A stretch of DNA of 63,461 bases, filler included, from Chiloscyllium plagiosum (taxonomy: Eukaryota), in the NCBI RefSeq assembly GCF_004010195.1. It is 4 parts of one record of this genome, joined end to end, with 100 filler letters (N's around TTAATTAATTAA, not from the genome) between each part and the next. Parts side by side here need not be neighbours in the genome. Positions count along the whole stretch, not along the records: positions 1 to 30,087 come from NC_057711.1; 3 more parts are not named here. One strand, 5' to 3'. The notes under the pieces are model-generated. The model ran no database searches. It was not told the origin of the DNA and saw only the letters and a program-made list of their open reading frames with translations. Below, piece by piece: positions 1-11,766 of this stretch. Position 1 is the stretch's first letter, and the number at the start of each line of letters is the position of its first letter. A program made the position numbers and the translations under genes.

Positions 1-133
1 TTTATTCCTGATGAAGGGCTTTTGCCCGAAACGTCGATTTTGCTGCTCCTTGGATGCTGCCTGAACTGCTGTGCTCTTCCAGCACCACTAATCCAGAATC
101 TAGTTTCCAGCATCTGCAGCCATTGTTTTTACC
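1..133 (+). mobile_element. 3' terminus of a Penelope-like element (family A), cut by the window edge
   Basis: Near-identical to 6389-6522, which ends the PLE at 5257-6522. Confidence 0.8.
4..39 (+). ncRNA. Minimal type I hammerhead ribozyme motif (family A)
   Basis: attc-CUGAUGA-a-GGGC-uuuu-GCCC-GAAA-C-GUC-gauu. The core is intact. A palindromic ACGU replaces stem III, and stem I is weak. Confidence 0.65.
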
Positions 134-309
134 ATGCCACAAGTTAGCAAACCCATTTAAACTGTAGCAAACCAAGAGATAGGCGTTAATTTTAGCAGTT
201 AGAATTGAATAGTGTGGAAGTTTTGCAAAACATATATCCAACTTTGGCTGAGCTATAATTGATTTAGAACATGCCATTCTGAAGATCATATTATAAAAAG
301 AGGTATACA

Positions 310-2231
310 GAGACTGTGCAGTAATTGGCCAGGTTGGATTTGTCCTGCTTTTTATGTACAGAACATGCCTGGGCAATTTTCCACATTGTTGGGTAGCTGC
401 CAGTGTTGAACTGTATTGGAAGAGCTTAGCTAGGGGAGCGGCAAATTCTGGAGCACACGTCTTCAGTACCATTGCTGGAATGTTATCAGGGGCCATTGCC
501 TTTGCAGGATCCAGTGACTCCAGCCATTTCTTGATAGCATGTGGAATGAATCATATTGGCTGGACACTGTTACCTGTGATGCTGGGGACCACTGGAGGAG
601 CTTGAGATGGATCATCCACTCGGCACATCTGACTGAAGATTGCTGCAAATGCTTCAGCCTTAAGTTTTGCACGGATGTGTTGGGCTCCTCCATCATTGAG
701 GATGGGGATATTTGTGGAGCCTCCTCCTCCAGTGAGTTGTTTAATTGTCCACCGCCATTCACCACTGGATGTGGAAGAATTGCAGGACTTAGATCTGATA
801 GGTTGGTGTGGGATTGCTTCATTGTGTCTATCACTTGTTTATATCGTCTGGCACATAAGTGGTCCTGTATGGTAGCTTCAACAGGTTGACACCTCAGTTT
901 TAGGTATGCCTGATGCTGCTCCTGGCATGCCCTCTTGCACTCTCCAATAAACCAGGGTTGATCCCCTGGCTTGATGGTAATAGTTGAGTGGGGGATATGC
1001 CAGCCAAATGGTTACAGATTGTGCTAGGGTACAGTTCTGTTACTGTTGATGGCCCACAGTGCCTCATGGATGCCCAGCCTTGAGCTGCTAGATTGGTTCG
1101 AAGTCTGTCCCATTTAGCACAGTGATGGTGCCACATAACACGGTGGAGGTTATTCTCAATGTGAAGGCGGGACTTCGTCTCCACAAGGACACTGCACTTT
1201 TACCTCTACTGTCATGGACAGATGCTCCTGAAGGCAACAGATTAGTAAGGATGAGGTCAAGTATGTTTTTTCCTCTTGTTGTTTTCTTCGCAACCTGCCG
1301 CACACCCAGTCTAGTAGTTATATACTTTAGAAACCGACCAGCTCGATCAGTAATGCTGCTGCCGAGCCACTCTTGGTGATGGACAGTTAAATCCCCCACC
1401 CAGAGTACATTTTGTGCCCCTTGCCACCCTCAGTGCTTCCTCCAAGTGTTGTTCAACATGGAGGAGTACTGACTCATCAGCCAAGGGAGGATGGTATGTG
1501 GTAACCAGTAAGAGGTTTCCTTGCCCATGTTTAACCTGAAGCCATGAGACTTCAGGGGGTCCAGTGTCGATGTTAAGGACTCCCAGGGCAACTCCCTCCC
1601 AACTGTATCCCACTGTGCCACTACCTCTGCTGGGTTTGTCCTGCTGGTGGGCAGGACATATCCAGGTATGGTAATGGTGGTGTTTAGGGTGTTATCTGTA
1701 AGTTATGATTCCTTAAGAATAACTATGTCAGGCTGTTGTTTGACTAGTCTGTGAGACACTGTGGCACTAGCCCCCAGGTGTTGGTAAGGAGAACTTTGCA
1801 TGGTTGACAGGGCTGTTTGTGTTTCTGCCATTGTCTTTTCTGGTTCCAAGGTCGATGCCAGGTGGTCCATCCAGTTTCATTTCTTAGTTGTGACTTTCTC
1901 ACGATTGATACAACTGAGTGGCTTGCTTGGCCATTTCAGAGGAGAGTTGAGAGTCAACCACATTGCTGTGGCTCTGGAGTCACATGTAGGCCAGACCAGG
2001 TAAGGATGGCAGATGTCCTTCCCTATAGGGCATTAATGAATTAGATGGGTTTTTCCAACAATTGGCAATGGTTTAATGGTCATCAGTCGACTCTTAATTC
2101 CAGATTTTTAAAAAATTGAATTCAAATTCCATCGTCTGCCATGGCAGGATTCGAACCCAGGTCCCCAGAACATTATTCTGGGCTTCTAGATTGATAGTCG
2201 AGTGGTAATACCACTAGGTCATCAGCTCCCC
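310..2231 (-). mobile_element. 5' portion of a decayed CR1/L2-group LINE with a tRNA-like head (APE endonuclease plus RT N-terminus)
   Basis: Minus-strand fragments HRLVKQQPDIVIL, TRGKNILDLILTN and PDNIPAMVLKTCAPEFAAPLAKLFQ. The 5' end has an A box (2209-2221) and a B box GGGTTCGAATCC (2147-2158). Confidence 0.8.
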
Positions 2232-2259
2232 TTCAAAATAGCCTGCAAAATAACTTTTT

Positions 2260-3330
2260 TGTGATTTCTGTATCAGAACACCCAGATCCCTCTGTATCTC
2301 AGAGTTCTGCAGTCTCTCTCCATTCGGAAAAGGTTTCTTTTAAACCAGTTTTTGTCTCCTCATGTCCTTTTAATAACATATTTTTCTGTCTGTGTTATCA
2401 GCAAATTTAGGCTGATAGCACAGAGGTTAGCACAGAGGTTAGCATTGCCCTGCTTATTTCCTTGTTGTTTCCTTGCTGTTATTTCCTCATAAGAATTGTA
2501 ATGAATTAATCAAACTCAATTTCCCTTTCAAAAAACCATGTTGACTCTGTCTGTATTATGATTTTATGAATATCCTTCTATGACCTCTTTAATAATGCAG
2601 TCTACTTTTGCCGATAACATATATTCAGATAACTGCCCTGTAGTTTCCTGTTTTGTTCTCTCTTCTTTCATGAATAGTGATGTTACACTTCCTATTTTCA
2701 AATCCATCCTTTCCAGATTCTGGGGAATTTTGGAAGATGAAAAATAATGTATCTATTATCATTGAAGACACCTCTTTAAAATCTTAGACAGCAGGCTATC
2801 AATTTTACTTATTTTACCTTTTACCTTTTACTTATTAATTGTTGTTTCAAGTTTCTCCCTCCCTCTTACTTTTGGGCTTCAAATATTCTTAGGATTTTAT
2901 TTTGTTGTCTTCTAAAAGGAGCACTGAGACTAATACCTGTTCACCACTTCTGATATTTTCTTGTTTTCAATTTTAATTCCTCAGTCTGACCGTATAAAGC
3001 ATCAATGTAGACATTAGTTTTGTTTTGTTTTTGTTTTTAGTTTTGTTTTTAATACTTGTAGAAATTATTACTATCTATTTTTAGGTTTCTAACAAGCCTC
3101 CTCATTCTCTGCTATCTCCCTCATTACTTTTTGCAATCATTTTTTACAGATTTCTAAAGTCTGTTCAAGTTTCTGACATACCACTAAGCTTTACATTATT
3201 AGTTTTTTATTTCAATTTAATATTATTCTTAACTTCATTAGTTATCCGTGGACATTGCATCCTTATCCAAGAGTTTCTTTCTTTATAGAATGTACCTTTG
3301 CTGAAAGTTATGAAATAACTCCTTAAAAAT
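2260..3330 (-). mobile_element. Highly decayed CR1 LINE fragments
   Basis: Patches such as ttccctttcaaaaaaccatgttgactctg resemble the antisense of the CR1 RT segment SQHGFxKGKS. Confidence 0.45.
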
Positions 3331-3334
3331 ATGC

Positions 3335-3870
3335 AGTAGCCCATCCTTCAATTGAGGATAATCAATGATGAAGAGTGCAGGAGGGCATGTTAGGAGCAAA
3401 ATCAGATTACTAAACATTAGGTGTCAATTAAATGGAACTACAACACAGGGCTATTTGCATGTTAAACAGTGGAAAAAGCATGCAATAGACAGAGTGAAGT
3501 AATTCTATCATCAACTGATCGTATCTAAACTCTACAGTTCTCCCACGTTGATTTCTAAATGACAATGAGCAATTAAACAATCAGAAGGAAGATGAGGCAT
3601 GGCGAGTATCCCCACCCTCAAAGATGGGGGAATCCAACACATTAGTGCATTCACCTTCAGCCAGAAGTGCCAAGTGGAAGATCTATCTTAACCTCTTCCT
3701 GAGGTCCTAATCATCACAAATGCTAATCTTCAATCAATTCAATTAACTCCACATGATAAGTAGAAATAGCTGAAGGTATTAAATACTGTAAAGGCTGAGG
3801 GCCATGATAATATTCTGACAATAGTACTAAACACTTGTACTCCTGGTCTGGCCATGTTTCTAATCAAAAG
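3335..3870 (+). mobile_element. Internal fragment of the tRNA-headed LINE family
   Basis: Diverged reverse-complement match to ~430-970 (e.g. ttcagccagaagtgccaagtggaagatc). Confidence 0.65.
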
Positions 3871-4185
3871 ACTTACCCGAGGACTACTCGGCAGATGACC
3901 TGAAATTGGATGCAGTAGTCAGGTGAGCTGCCTCTGGAGACATGGCAAGAGGCAGCAGTTGATCCAAATTAAGTAAATGAAACATAAAGCCCAATTTCAG
4001 GCAGCTTTCAGACTTCCCATAAATGGCCATGTTGGTTATACTTCTCACCTGTTCTCATAAATAACATCCTTTAAAAATAATTCAGTGCAAGGAATACTTT
4101 ATGATATTTCAGTTGTGATAAAGAAAATAATTACAAAACCATTAATATGGAAAAGTGTCCCGTAGCACTTCAGAGGTGAAATAAC

Positions 4186-5256
4186 AAACTAAATGTGGTC
4201 ACCAAAAGAGGCTTTTGAAGGGGGTGACTTAAAGCTGGCAGATAAGGCTATGTTTGGGGGAGGGTTTCATCAGATCTATTGGCCCATTACCAGTGAAGTT
4301 GTAATTAAAAAACACACCTGCTATTATCTCCCATGTTATTTCAGTTCTACAAACTACCTATGAAATAGCCTTCTCAGGGTAACTAGGAATTAGCAACAAA
4401 TGTGACATTGTTGTGTCATCAACACTATCTGAATAATTAGTATATTGTTTTTTTCTGTGTTTTTCTCTCTGGTTCTAGTCTCTTTATTCACAATTAAGCA
4501 TTGAGCCTCTTGCACAGTGTCTCATCAATCACAAGTTATTCAGTGAACCTAACATATAGAGTCATAGCACAAAAACAGGCCCTTTCGTCCAACCTGTCCA
4601 TGCTGACCAGATATCCTAAACTGATGTAATCCCATTTGCTAGCACTTAGCTCGTATCCCTCTAAACCCTTCCTGTTTATGTACCCATCCAGATGCTCTTA
4701 AATCATGTAAGTGTACCAGCATCAACCACTTCTGCTGGCACCTCATTCCATACACACAACGCCCTCTGCATGAAAAAGTTGTCCCTTAGGTCTGTTTTTA
4801 AATCTTTTCCCTCTCACATTAAACCTATGGCCTCTAGTTTTGGACTCCCTTACCCTGGGGATAAAAACCTTGGCTATTCATCCTATTCATGCCCCTCATA
4901 ATTTATAAACCACAAGCTCACCCCTCAGCCTCCAGTGCTCCAGGGGATAAATGCCCCAGCCTCTCCCTATAGCTCAAACACTGCAATCTCAAACAATATA
5001 CTAATTATTCAGATAGTGTTGATGACACAACAATGTCACATTTGTTGCTAATTCCTAGTTACCCTGAGAAGGCTATTTCATAGGTAGTTGGTAGAACTGA
5101 AATAACATGGGAGATAATAGCAGGTGTGTTTTTTTAATTACAATTTCACTGGTAATGGGCCAATAGATCTGATGAAACCCTCCCCCAAACATAGCCTTAT
5201 CTGCCAGCTTTAAGTCACCCCCTTCAAAAGCCTCTTTTGGTGACCACATTTAGTTT
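4186..5256. repeat. ~265-bp inverted repeat (arms 4186-4450 and 4991-5256)
   Basis: Arms are reverse complements differing by 2 substitutions and a 1-nt homopolymer indel, read by eye. Confidence 0.92.
4555..4990 (-). mobile_element. CR1 LINE 3' fragment
   Basis: Matches the 3' end of the CR1 at 13973-15745; short (CTATGACT)-type tail. Confidence 0.8.
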
Positions 5257-5716
5257 TCTCCTTCGAATCCTCCCACTTCCTCCAGACCAAAGGGGTAGCC
5301 ATCGGCACACATATGGGCCCCAGCTATGCCTGTCTCATTGTTGGCTACGTAGAACAGTTGATCTTCCATAATTACACCGGCACCACTCCCCACCTCTTGC
5401 TCCGCTACATTGATGACTGCATTGGCGCCATCTCGTGCTCCCGCGAGGAGGTTGAGCAATTCATCAATTCACCAACACATTCCACCCTGACCTTAAATTT
5501 ACCTGGACCATCTCTGACACCTCCCTCCCCTTCCTGGACCTCTCCATCTCCATTAATGACGACTGACTTGACACTGACATTTTTTACAAACCCACCGACT
5601 CCCACAGCTACCTGGATTACACCACTTCCCAACCTACCTCTTGCAAAAATGCCATCCTATATTCCCAATTCCTCTGCCTCCACCGTATCTGCTCCCAGGA
5701 GGACCAGTTCCACCAC

Positions 5717-6181
5717 NNNNNNNNNNNNNNNNNNNNNNNNNNNNNNNNNNNNNNNNNNNNNNNNNNNNNNNNNNNNNNNNNNNNNNNNNNNNNNNNNNNN
5801 NNNNNNNNNNNNNNNNNNNNNNNNNNNNNNNNNNNNNNNNNNNNNNNNNNNNNNNNNNNNNNNNNNNNNNNNNNNNNNNNNNNNNNNNNNNNNNNNNNNN
5901 NNNNNNNNNNNNNNNNNNNNNNNNNNNNNNNNNNNNNNNNNNNNNNNNNNNNNNNNNNNNNNNNNNNNNNNNNNNNNNNNNNNNNNNNNNNNNNNNNNNN
6001 NNNNNNNNNNNNNNNNNNNNNNNNNNNNNNNNNNNNNNNNNNNNNNNNNNNNNNNNNNNNNNNNNNNNNNNNNNNNNNNNNNNNNNNNNNNNNNNNNNNN
6101 NNNNNNNNNNNNNNNNNNNNNNNNNNNNNNNNNNNNNNNNNNNNNNNNNNNNNNNNNNNNNNNNNNNNNNNNNNNNNNNNN
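5717..6181. other. Assembly gap
   Basis: N run. Confidence 1.
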
Positions 6182-6391
6182 GTGTCCCAGCGATGTTCCC
6201 TAAAGCGCTCTGCTAGGAGGCATCCAGTCATGTCCTACCTGCCTATCTTCTTTTCCACCTATTCAATCCACCCTCCCCACTGACCTATCACCTTCATTCC
6301 CTCACCCACTCACCTATTGTACTCTATGCTACTTTTCCCCACCCCCACCCTCCCCTAGCTTATCTCTCCACGCTTCAGGCTCCCTGCCTTT

Positions 6392-6427
6392 ATTCCTGAT
6401 GAAGGGCTTTTGCCCGAAACGTCGATT
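6392..6427 (+). ncRNA. Minimal hammerhead ribozyme motif (family A)
   Basis: CUGAUGA (6396-6402), GGGC/GCCC stem, GAAAC-GUC (6416-6423). Confidence 0.65.
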
Positions 6428-6859
6428 TTACTGCTCCTTGGATTCTGCCTGAACTGCTGTGCTCTTCCAGCACCACTAATCCAGAATCTGGTTTCCAGCA
6501 TCAGCAGTCATTATTTTTACTCTTCAGATGGTCAGTGTGGACTTGTTGGGCTGAAGGGTCAGTTTTCATACTGTAGGGAATCTAATCTAGACATAATCAA
6601 GTTCCTAGGTATTCCAGTACATCCATGAAATTGGATTTTAGCTCATAATATAGAAAATTGTTCAGGTACTTTGTGTACACAAAAACAGGAGAAATCCAAT
6701 ACAGCCGAATAGTCTATTCTTGTTCATTAGCAAGCTATGGATAGGAATGACAGTAGTGCTATCATTTGCAAAGGAATAACATGCTCACTGAGGTTCAGTT
6801 TGGTTTCCACTAGGGCCATTCAGTTCCTGACCTCATTACAACTTTAGTTAAAACGTGGA

Positions 6860-7670
6860 CAAAATACTGAGACAGTCTGTGACCATATTCAGCAAGAAGT
6901 GGAAAATATTCAGGCTTCAACTGATAGGTGGCAAATAACATTCATGCCACACGTGTGCCAAATAATGACCACCTCCATTAACCTAAACATTGCCCCTTAA
7001 TGTTCAATGGCATTGCCATTACTGAATCCCCATTTATCAACATTCGGAAAATTAACATTAACCATATCCAACCATATAATTATGGTAGCTACATGACTAA
7101 GTCAAGGTCTAGGAGTTCTACAGCCAGTAACTGACTACCTCTTTCCCCTATAACTGTACATGATCGATAATGCACACGTCAGGACTGTGATGGAATACTC
7201 TCCACATACCTGGATGGGTGCAGTACCAACAATACTCAGCAGCCTGAACACTATCCTGGATAAAGCAACGCACTTGATCATCATTCCAACCACCGCTTTC
7301 AATGTTCAGTCACCCACTGCACAGCGGTAGCAATGAGTACAGTCTACAAGATGCAGCACAGTAACTCACTGAGGCTCCTTCAACAGCATTCTCCAAAACT
7401 GCAACCTCCATCCGCAGGAAGGATAATGACAGTAGGTACATGGGAATACCAGCACCTGCAAAATTCTTTCCAAACCCACCACACCATCCTGACTTGGAAG
7501 TATATCACTATTCCTTCACTGTTGCTGGGTGACATCATGGAACTCTTCCTTGCTAACACCACTGGGAGAGTGTCTAAACCTGTGGCAGCAATTCAGGAAA
7601 GTAGCCCACCACTACCTTCCCCAGGGCAATTGGGGATGAACAGTAAAAATGAGCTAATGTTTTAAAAAAT
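6860..7670 (+). mobile_element. 3' part of the tRNA-headed LINE family (RT C-terminus and tail)
   Basis: WQITFMPHVCQ- and VMEYSPHTW-like motifs; tail ccagggcaattggggatg. Confidence 0.7.
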
Positions 7671-7826
7671 TATATTGTCTTCATGTTTACAAGGCTGCAG
7701 AGGTGGACTAAGTACAAATTATCTTCTGAAGGCACATCTACAGTTTTGTAGGTATTCATAGAATACCAATAATAAGAAGCATACAAGAAGTTAATCTCTC
7801 CTACCATTTCATTATTTCCTGTTTAG

Positions 7827-7903
7827 CTACTCATGGTTTATTCCTGTTTTCTGGATGAAGAATGGATCTGTGCAGCCACTTATCTGGTTTGATGGTGAAT
7901 CTA
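7827..7903 (+). CDS. LVRN: Internal coding exon (77 bp) of an M1 aminopeptidase, laeverin/aminopeptidase Q-like
   Basis: Acceptor ttcctgtttag and donor gtaagt. Encodes YSWFIPVFWMKNGSVQPLIWFDGES(K), resembling the recalled laeverin segment WIVPILWIKNGTTQPLVWLD. Phase matches the next exon. LVRN orthology versus an ANPEP-like paralogue is not proven. Confidence 0.88.
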
Positions 7904-8202
7904 GTAAGTAATTTACGATGTGTGTTTCATTACTGCATCTTAGCATAAAGTTGCATGTTATGCTTCTTTTAATGCTGATTGCAAATAATTAGCAATCAAC
8001 ATTTTGCCAATTTGGAGAGTGCAACAAAATTGCTTTAAGTGAAACAAACTCAAGATAATTTTCTGACATGACAATAGTTCTTCATGTAAACTGTTGAAAA
8101 TTCAAGCACTGGTTTTCCCAATAGGCTTTTACTCACCTCCTAGAATATGGAGTCAGATAGTTGACACTTTAGTTGAAGATTTGAGAAACAGTTGTTCATT
8201 TA

Positions 8203-8420
8203 GAGTCATAGGGCCATAGAGATGTACAGCACGGAAACAGACCCTTCGGTCCAACCCGTCTATGCCGACCAGATATCCCAACCTAATCTAGTCCCACCTG
8301 CCAGCACCCGGCCCATATCCCTCCAAACCCTTCCTCTTCATATATCCATCCAGATGCCTTTTAACTGTTGCAATTGTAGTAGCCTCCACCATTTCCTCTG
8401 GCAGCTCATTCCATACATGT
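8203..8420 (-). mobile_element. Short CR1 3' end
   Basis: Near-identical to 13973-14180. Confidence 0.85.
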
Positions 8421-9115
8421 ACCTAATAACTTATCCAAGTTATTGGAAACCATTTCGAGAAAACTCATCAGTGCTGAGCAGTGTTTGAATTTCCTGGTGT
8501 TAAATCTCACCCGAATAATCTTGGAATACTCTTTACACGAGGAAGGATCACCACTCACTTTAGACACTTGCCATGAACTTTATGACATTCAAAACTGGTA
8601 TTGAAAACTATTTATGTTGTGAACAGAATTTTAGTTATTCAGGCACTGCATAATATGCATGCTGCTGCATTTTGTGGATCATATCTTTTGACACTCAGTT
8701 ACTGCTATTCCAAGTTGCACAAGCCTAAAGTGATGGGAGGAATCAATGGGAATGATCCTCACAAACATTAGGAGGAAGCTTGTGTCCACCTCCATGGCTG
8801 TTTTGATAGTAGGGAAATTTAATCAAGTGGGAGGGTGGCACTTGATGACGCTATCAAACTGCCACATTAACCTGATTAAGTCTATTCAAGAAAGGCCTTT
8901 GAACAGCTTTCCTTTCATGTATCTGTTGCCAATTGAGGCTCTTGAATAAGCATTTAATACCTGTTGTCCTCAAAGATTCTGCCCATTATCTCAAAAATAT
9001 TGACTATACTGAGATGTGGGCAATTGACAAATTTATAAGCACATACTGCTGATTCTTCTTTGGTGTAAGCAGAGCTATCATCCTGTTGATTTTCATTCTT
9101 GGTGCTTACAAACAG

Positions 9116-9252
9116 AAACATACCCTGAGATAAAACGTACCACAGATGAAGAATGGATTCTGCTAAATATTAATGTTTCCACCCTCTGTAGAATTGTCTA
9201 TGATGATTCAAATTGGCAGCAGCTAATTCTACAACTAAACAAAGATCCAACA
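9116..9252 (+). CDS. LVRN: Internal coding exon (137 bp) of the M1 aminopeptidase (domain III to IV)
   Basis: Acceptor aaacag and donor gtgagt. Encodes (K)TYPEIKRTTDEEWILLNINVSTLCRIVYDDSNWQQLILQLNKDPT, aligning to the M1 motif W-x-L-L-N-x-N-x-T-G-Y-Y-R-V-N-Y-D...W...QL-x-K-D-P. Confidence 0.9.
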
Positions 9253-11065
9253 GTGAGTCACAATTTTCCTACCTTTCTTCACATTTGTTATTCATCTTGG
9301 ATACATTAAACACAAAGCAATAATGCTAATCATTTTATACTGTCTTGCAATCGAATATCTAGTTTATAATCTCTAGTACTAATAACAGATGTTTGCTTTT
9401 TCATAACCACTTCTCACATGCAGGAAGTAAATCACAGAGCTGTATAGTACTGTGATTATCAGCAGGAATATGAATGTCAAAAAGGTGAAAGTCAAGTAAG
9501 AAGAAGAATGTTTGAAGGCAGAGATGGAATTGATATAATGACAATTCTGTGGCAAAGTTGGGAACGGGGGAATAGATTGATTACATTCATAATGAGGTAG
9601 TGGGATAGGACAAAAAGACATACACCACTGTTAAAGGAACAGGGAGTACGCATAATAATGGTTAGAAAAATTAAGGATCTATCCTTTTTTATTACCTACA
9701 AGCTGCCAGTTGATGACATCATCCAAAAATCACAGTGCCAGTCTTCACATTTACACACCTAAAATACAAATCCCATTAACATCAGTGGAGGAGCCCACCT
9801 CCAGCTGGCAAATGCATGGTACAGAGCTTCCCCTCTTTTTATGACAATGGGTGGAACCTCACAAGATTAAGGGCATTTTTAGCCCTCAGTTTCATAATGT
9901 GTATTTCAAAGGAGGACAGCTCCAGGGAGGAGATAACTACAGACATCTGAGACTGACGGTTGTAACACCTAAAGTGTGTCAGAGAAACCTCAAACAGATT
10001 GGACTGCAATCTCTTGTGAATACAAAGGTAATAAGGACTGGCAACTCCTTGCTCAACTGCAAGCATCCACTGTGGATTATGTCCCAAACTGCAGACACAG
10101 TTTGTGGGTTTTTTTAACTCTTTGAAGAATACAAAAGGACAGAGTTAAAAGCCAAGTTTAAAGTCTCATAGAGTGAACTACTGGAACTGAATGCTGTTAT
10201 CATATCTGCCTGGGTTTGAGTGTTATCATGATGTGATTGTCACAGTTGAAGAACAATCCCCTACTTAGCCCTGTGTTATACTGGCTCTGATTTCAGCAAG
10301 ACACTTCAAGAAAGAGAAATGAACTGCAATTAGCCTTCAAAACCAAGAATCTCAAAACAACTGTTCAGCTACCAACATCAAAAGTAGCACTAATCTTCAA
10401 ATGCAACAGTCGTATCATTCCACTCTTTGCAAACAATTCAGAGATCAATCGTGTATCTGTTAATTTAACTTTTATCCTTCAGGCTCGTCTCTTAATTCTA
10501 ACCTGTGTGTATGTGCAATGCATTACTAATTCCTTTCCTATGTGGTATTTAATGAATTAAACAATACACAGAATTGTTATGGTAAAGAAGGAGGCCACTC
10601 AAACTATTATGCTTGCACTAACTCTGAGCATTTCAACTTAGTGTGAATCTCCAGTCTTTTCCCTGTAGTGCTGCACATCATTTCTATCTAAATAATCATC
10701 CAATTCCCTCTTGAATACCTCAATTAAACCTGCTTCTACCATACTTGCATACAGTACATTCAATACCCTAACAACTCATTGTGTGAAAACGTTTTTTTTC
10801 ACCTCACATTTGTTTCTTTTGCAAAACTCTCTAAATGTGTGCCCTCTGGTTCTCAATCTACTTATGTGCAGGACAATTTCTTCCTATTGACTCTTGTTAA
10901 ACATCTTACTGCAACTTCTATCATTCCACCTCTCTCCCCCCATCCCCCCAATCTTTCCAATAATTGAAGTGCCTCCTTCCTGGGACCTCTTCTGCATTCT
11001 CCAATGCATTCACATGCCTCTTATGGTGATGCTCAGAACTATACACAATACTTTACACAATTTGG

Positions 11066-11393
11066 AGCTGGCATAGTGGTTCAGTAGTTAGCACTGCTGT
11101 CTCACAGCGCCAGGGGCCCAGGTTTGATTCCACCCCAAGTGACTGTCTGTGTGGAGTTTATATGTTCTCCTACATTTGCGTGGATTTCTTCTGGGTACTC
11201 TGTCACTTTCCATAGTCCAAAGATGTGCAGTTTAGGTGTACTGGCCATGCTAAATTGCCCTGTAATACCCAGGGATGTGCAGGTGGATTAGCCATGGTAA
11301 ATATGGCATTAGGGGAGTGTGCTGGATTTGGGTAGGTCACTCTTCATAGGGTTGGTGCAGACTTGATGGGCCCAGTGGCCTCTTCTTCACTTC
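11066..11393 (+). mobile_element. HE1-type tRNA-derived SINE
   Basis: A box tggttcagtagttagc, B box ggtttgattcc, core gtctgtgtggagttt...gtccaaagatgtgcag, CR1-like tail. Confidence 0.8.
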
Positions 11394-11671
11394 TACCCAA
11401 GCTGAAATCTAACCAGTGTCTTATATAGGTTCATCATGACCTCTCTGCTCTCATACTCTATGTCACTATTAATAAAGTCTAGAATACTGTATGTTACAGT
11501 AACAGCTCCCTCTACCTGTCCTGCCACTTTAATGATGTATGTACATATATACCAGGTCTCTCTGCTCCTGCACATCCTTTAGAATAGTACTACTTATTTT
11601 ATATTGTCTCTCCAAATTCTTTGCACTAGAGTGTATCACCTGACACTTCTCAGTATTGAACTTCAGTTGTA

Positions 11672-11766
11672 AAGATTAGGGTAATGCTGGAAAAGCACAG
11701 CAGGTCAGGCACATCCAAGAAGCAGGAAAATTGACGTTTCGGGCAAAAGCTCTTCATCAGGAATGA
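11672..11766 (-). mobile_element. Short PLE terminus with hammerhead motif
   Basis: Reverse complement reads attcCTGATGAagagcttttgcccGAAACGTCaatt. Confidence 0.75.

Larger units (their letters stand above)
5257..6522 (+). mobile_element. Penelope-like element (Neptune-type), 5'-truncated and spanning a gap
   Basis: RT motifs QTKGVAIGTHMGPSYACL and RYIDD. An inverted GIY-YIG piece (TGCLLAERFREHRWD) lies at 6182-6231. C-rich 3' UTR and hammerhead terminus at 6389-6522. Confidence 0.85.

Noticed and set aside
2147..2231. tRNA-like A/B boxes as tRNA genes (also ~11066, ~24000, ~33930, ~43360)
   Set aside because: They run directly into SINE or LINE bodies with no clean cloverleaf or terminator.
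5313..6231. Long ORFs of 296, 204 and 191 aa
   Set aside because: Their length is due to the N run (X residues).
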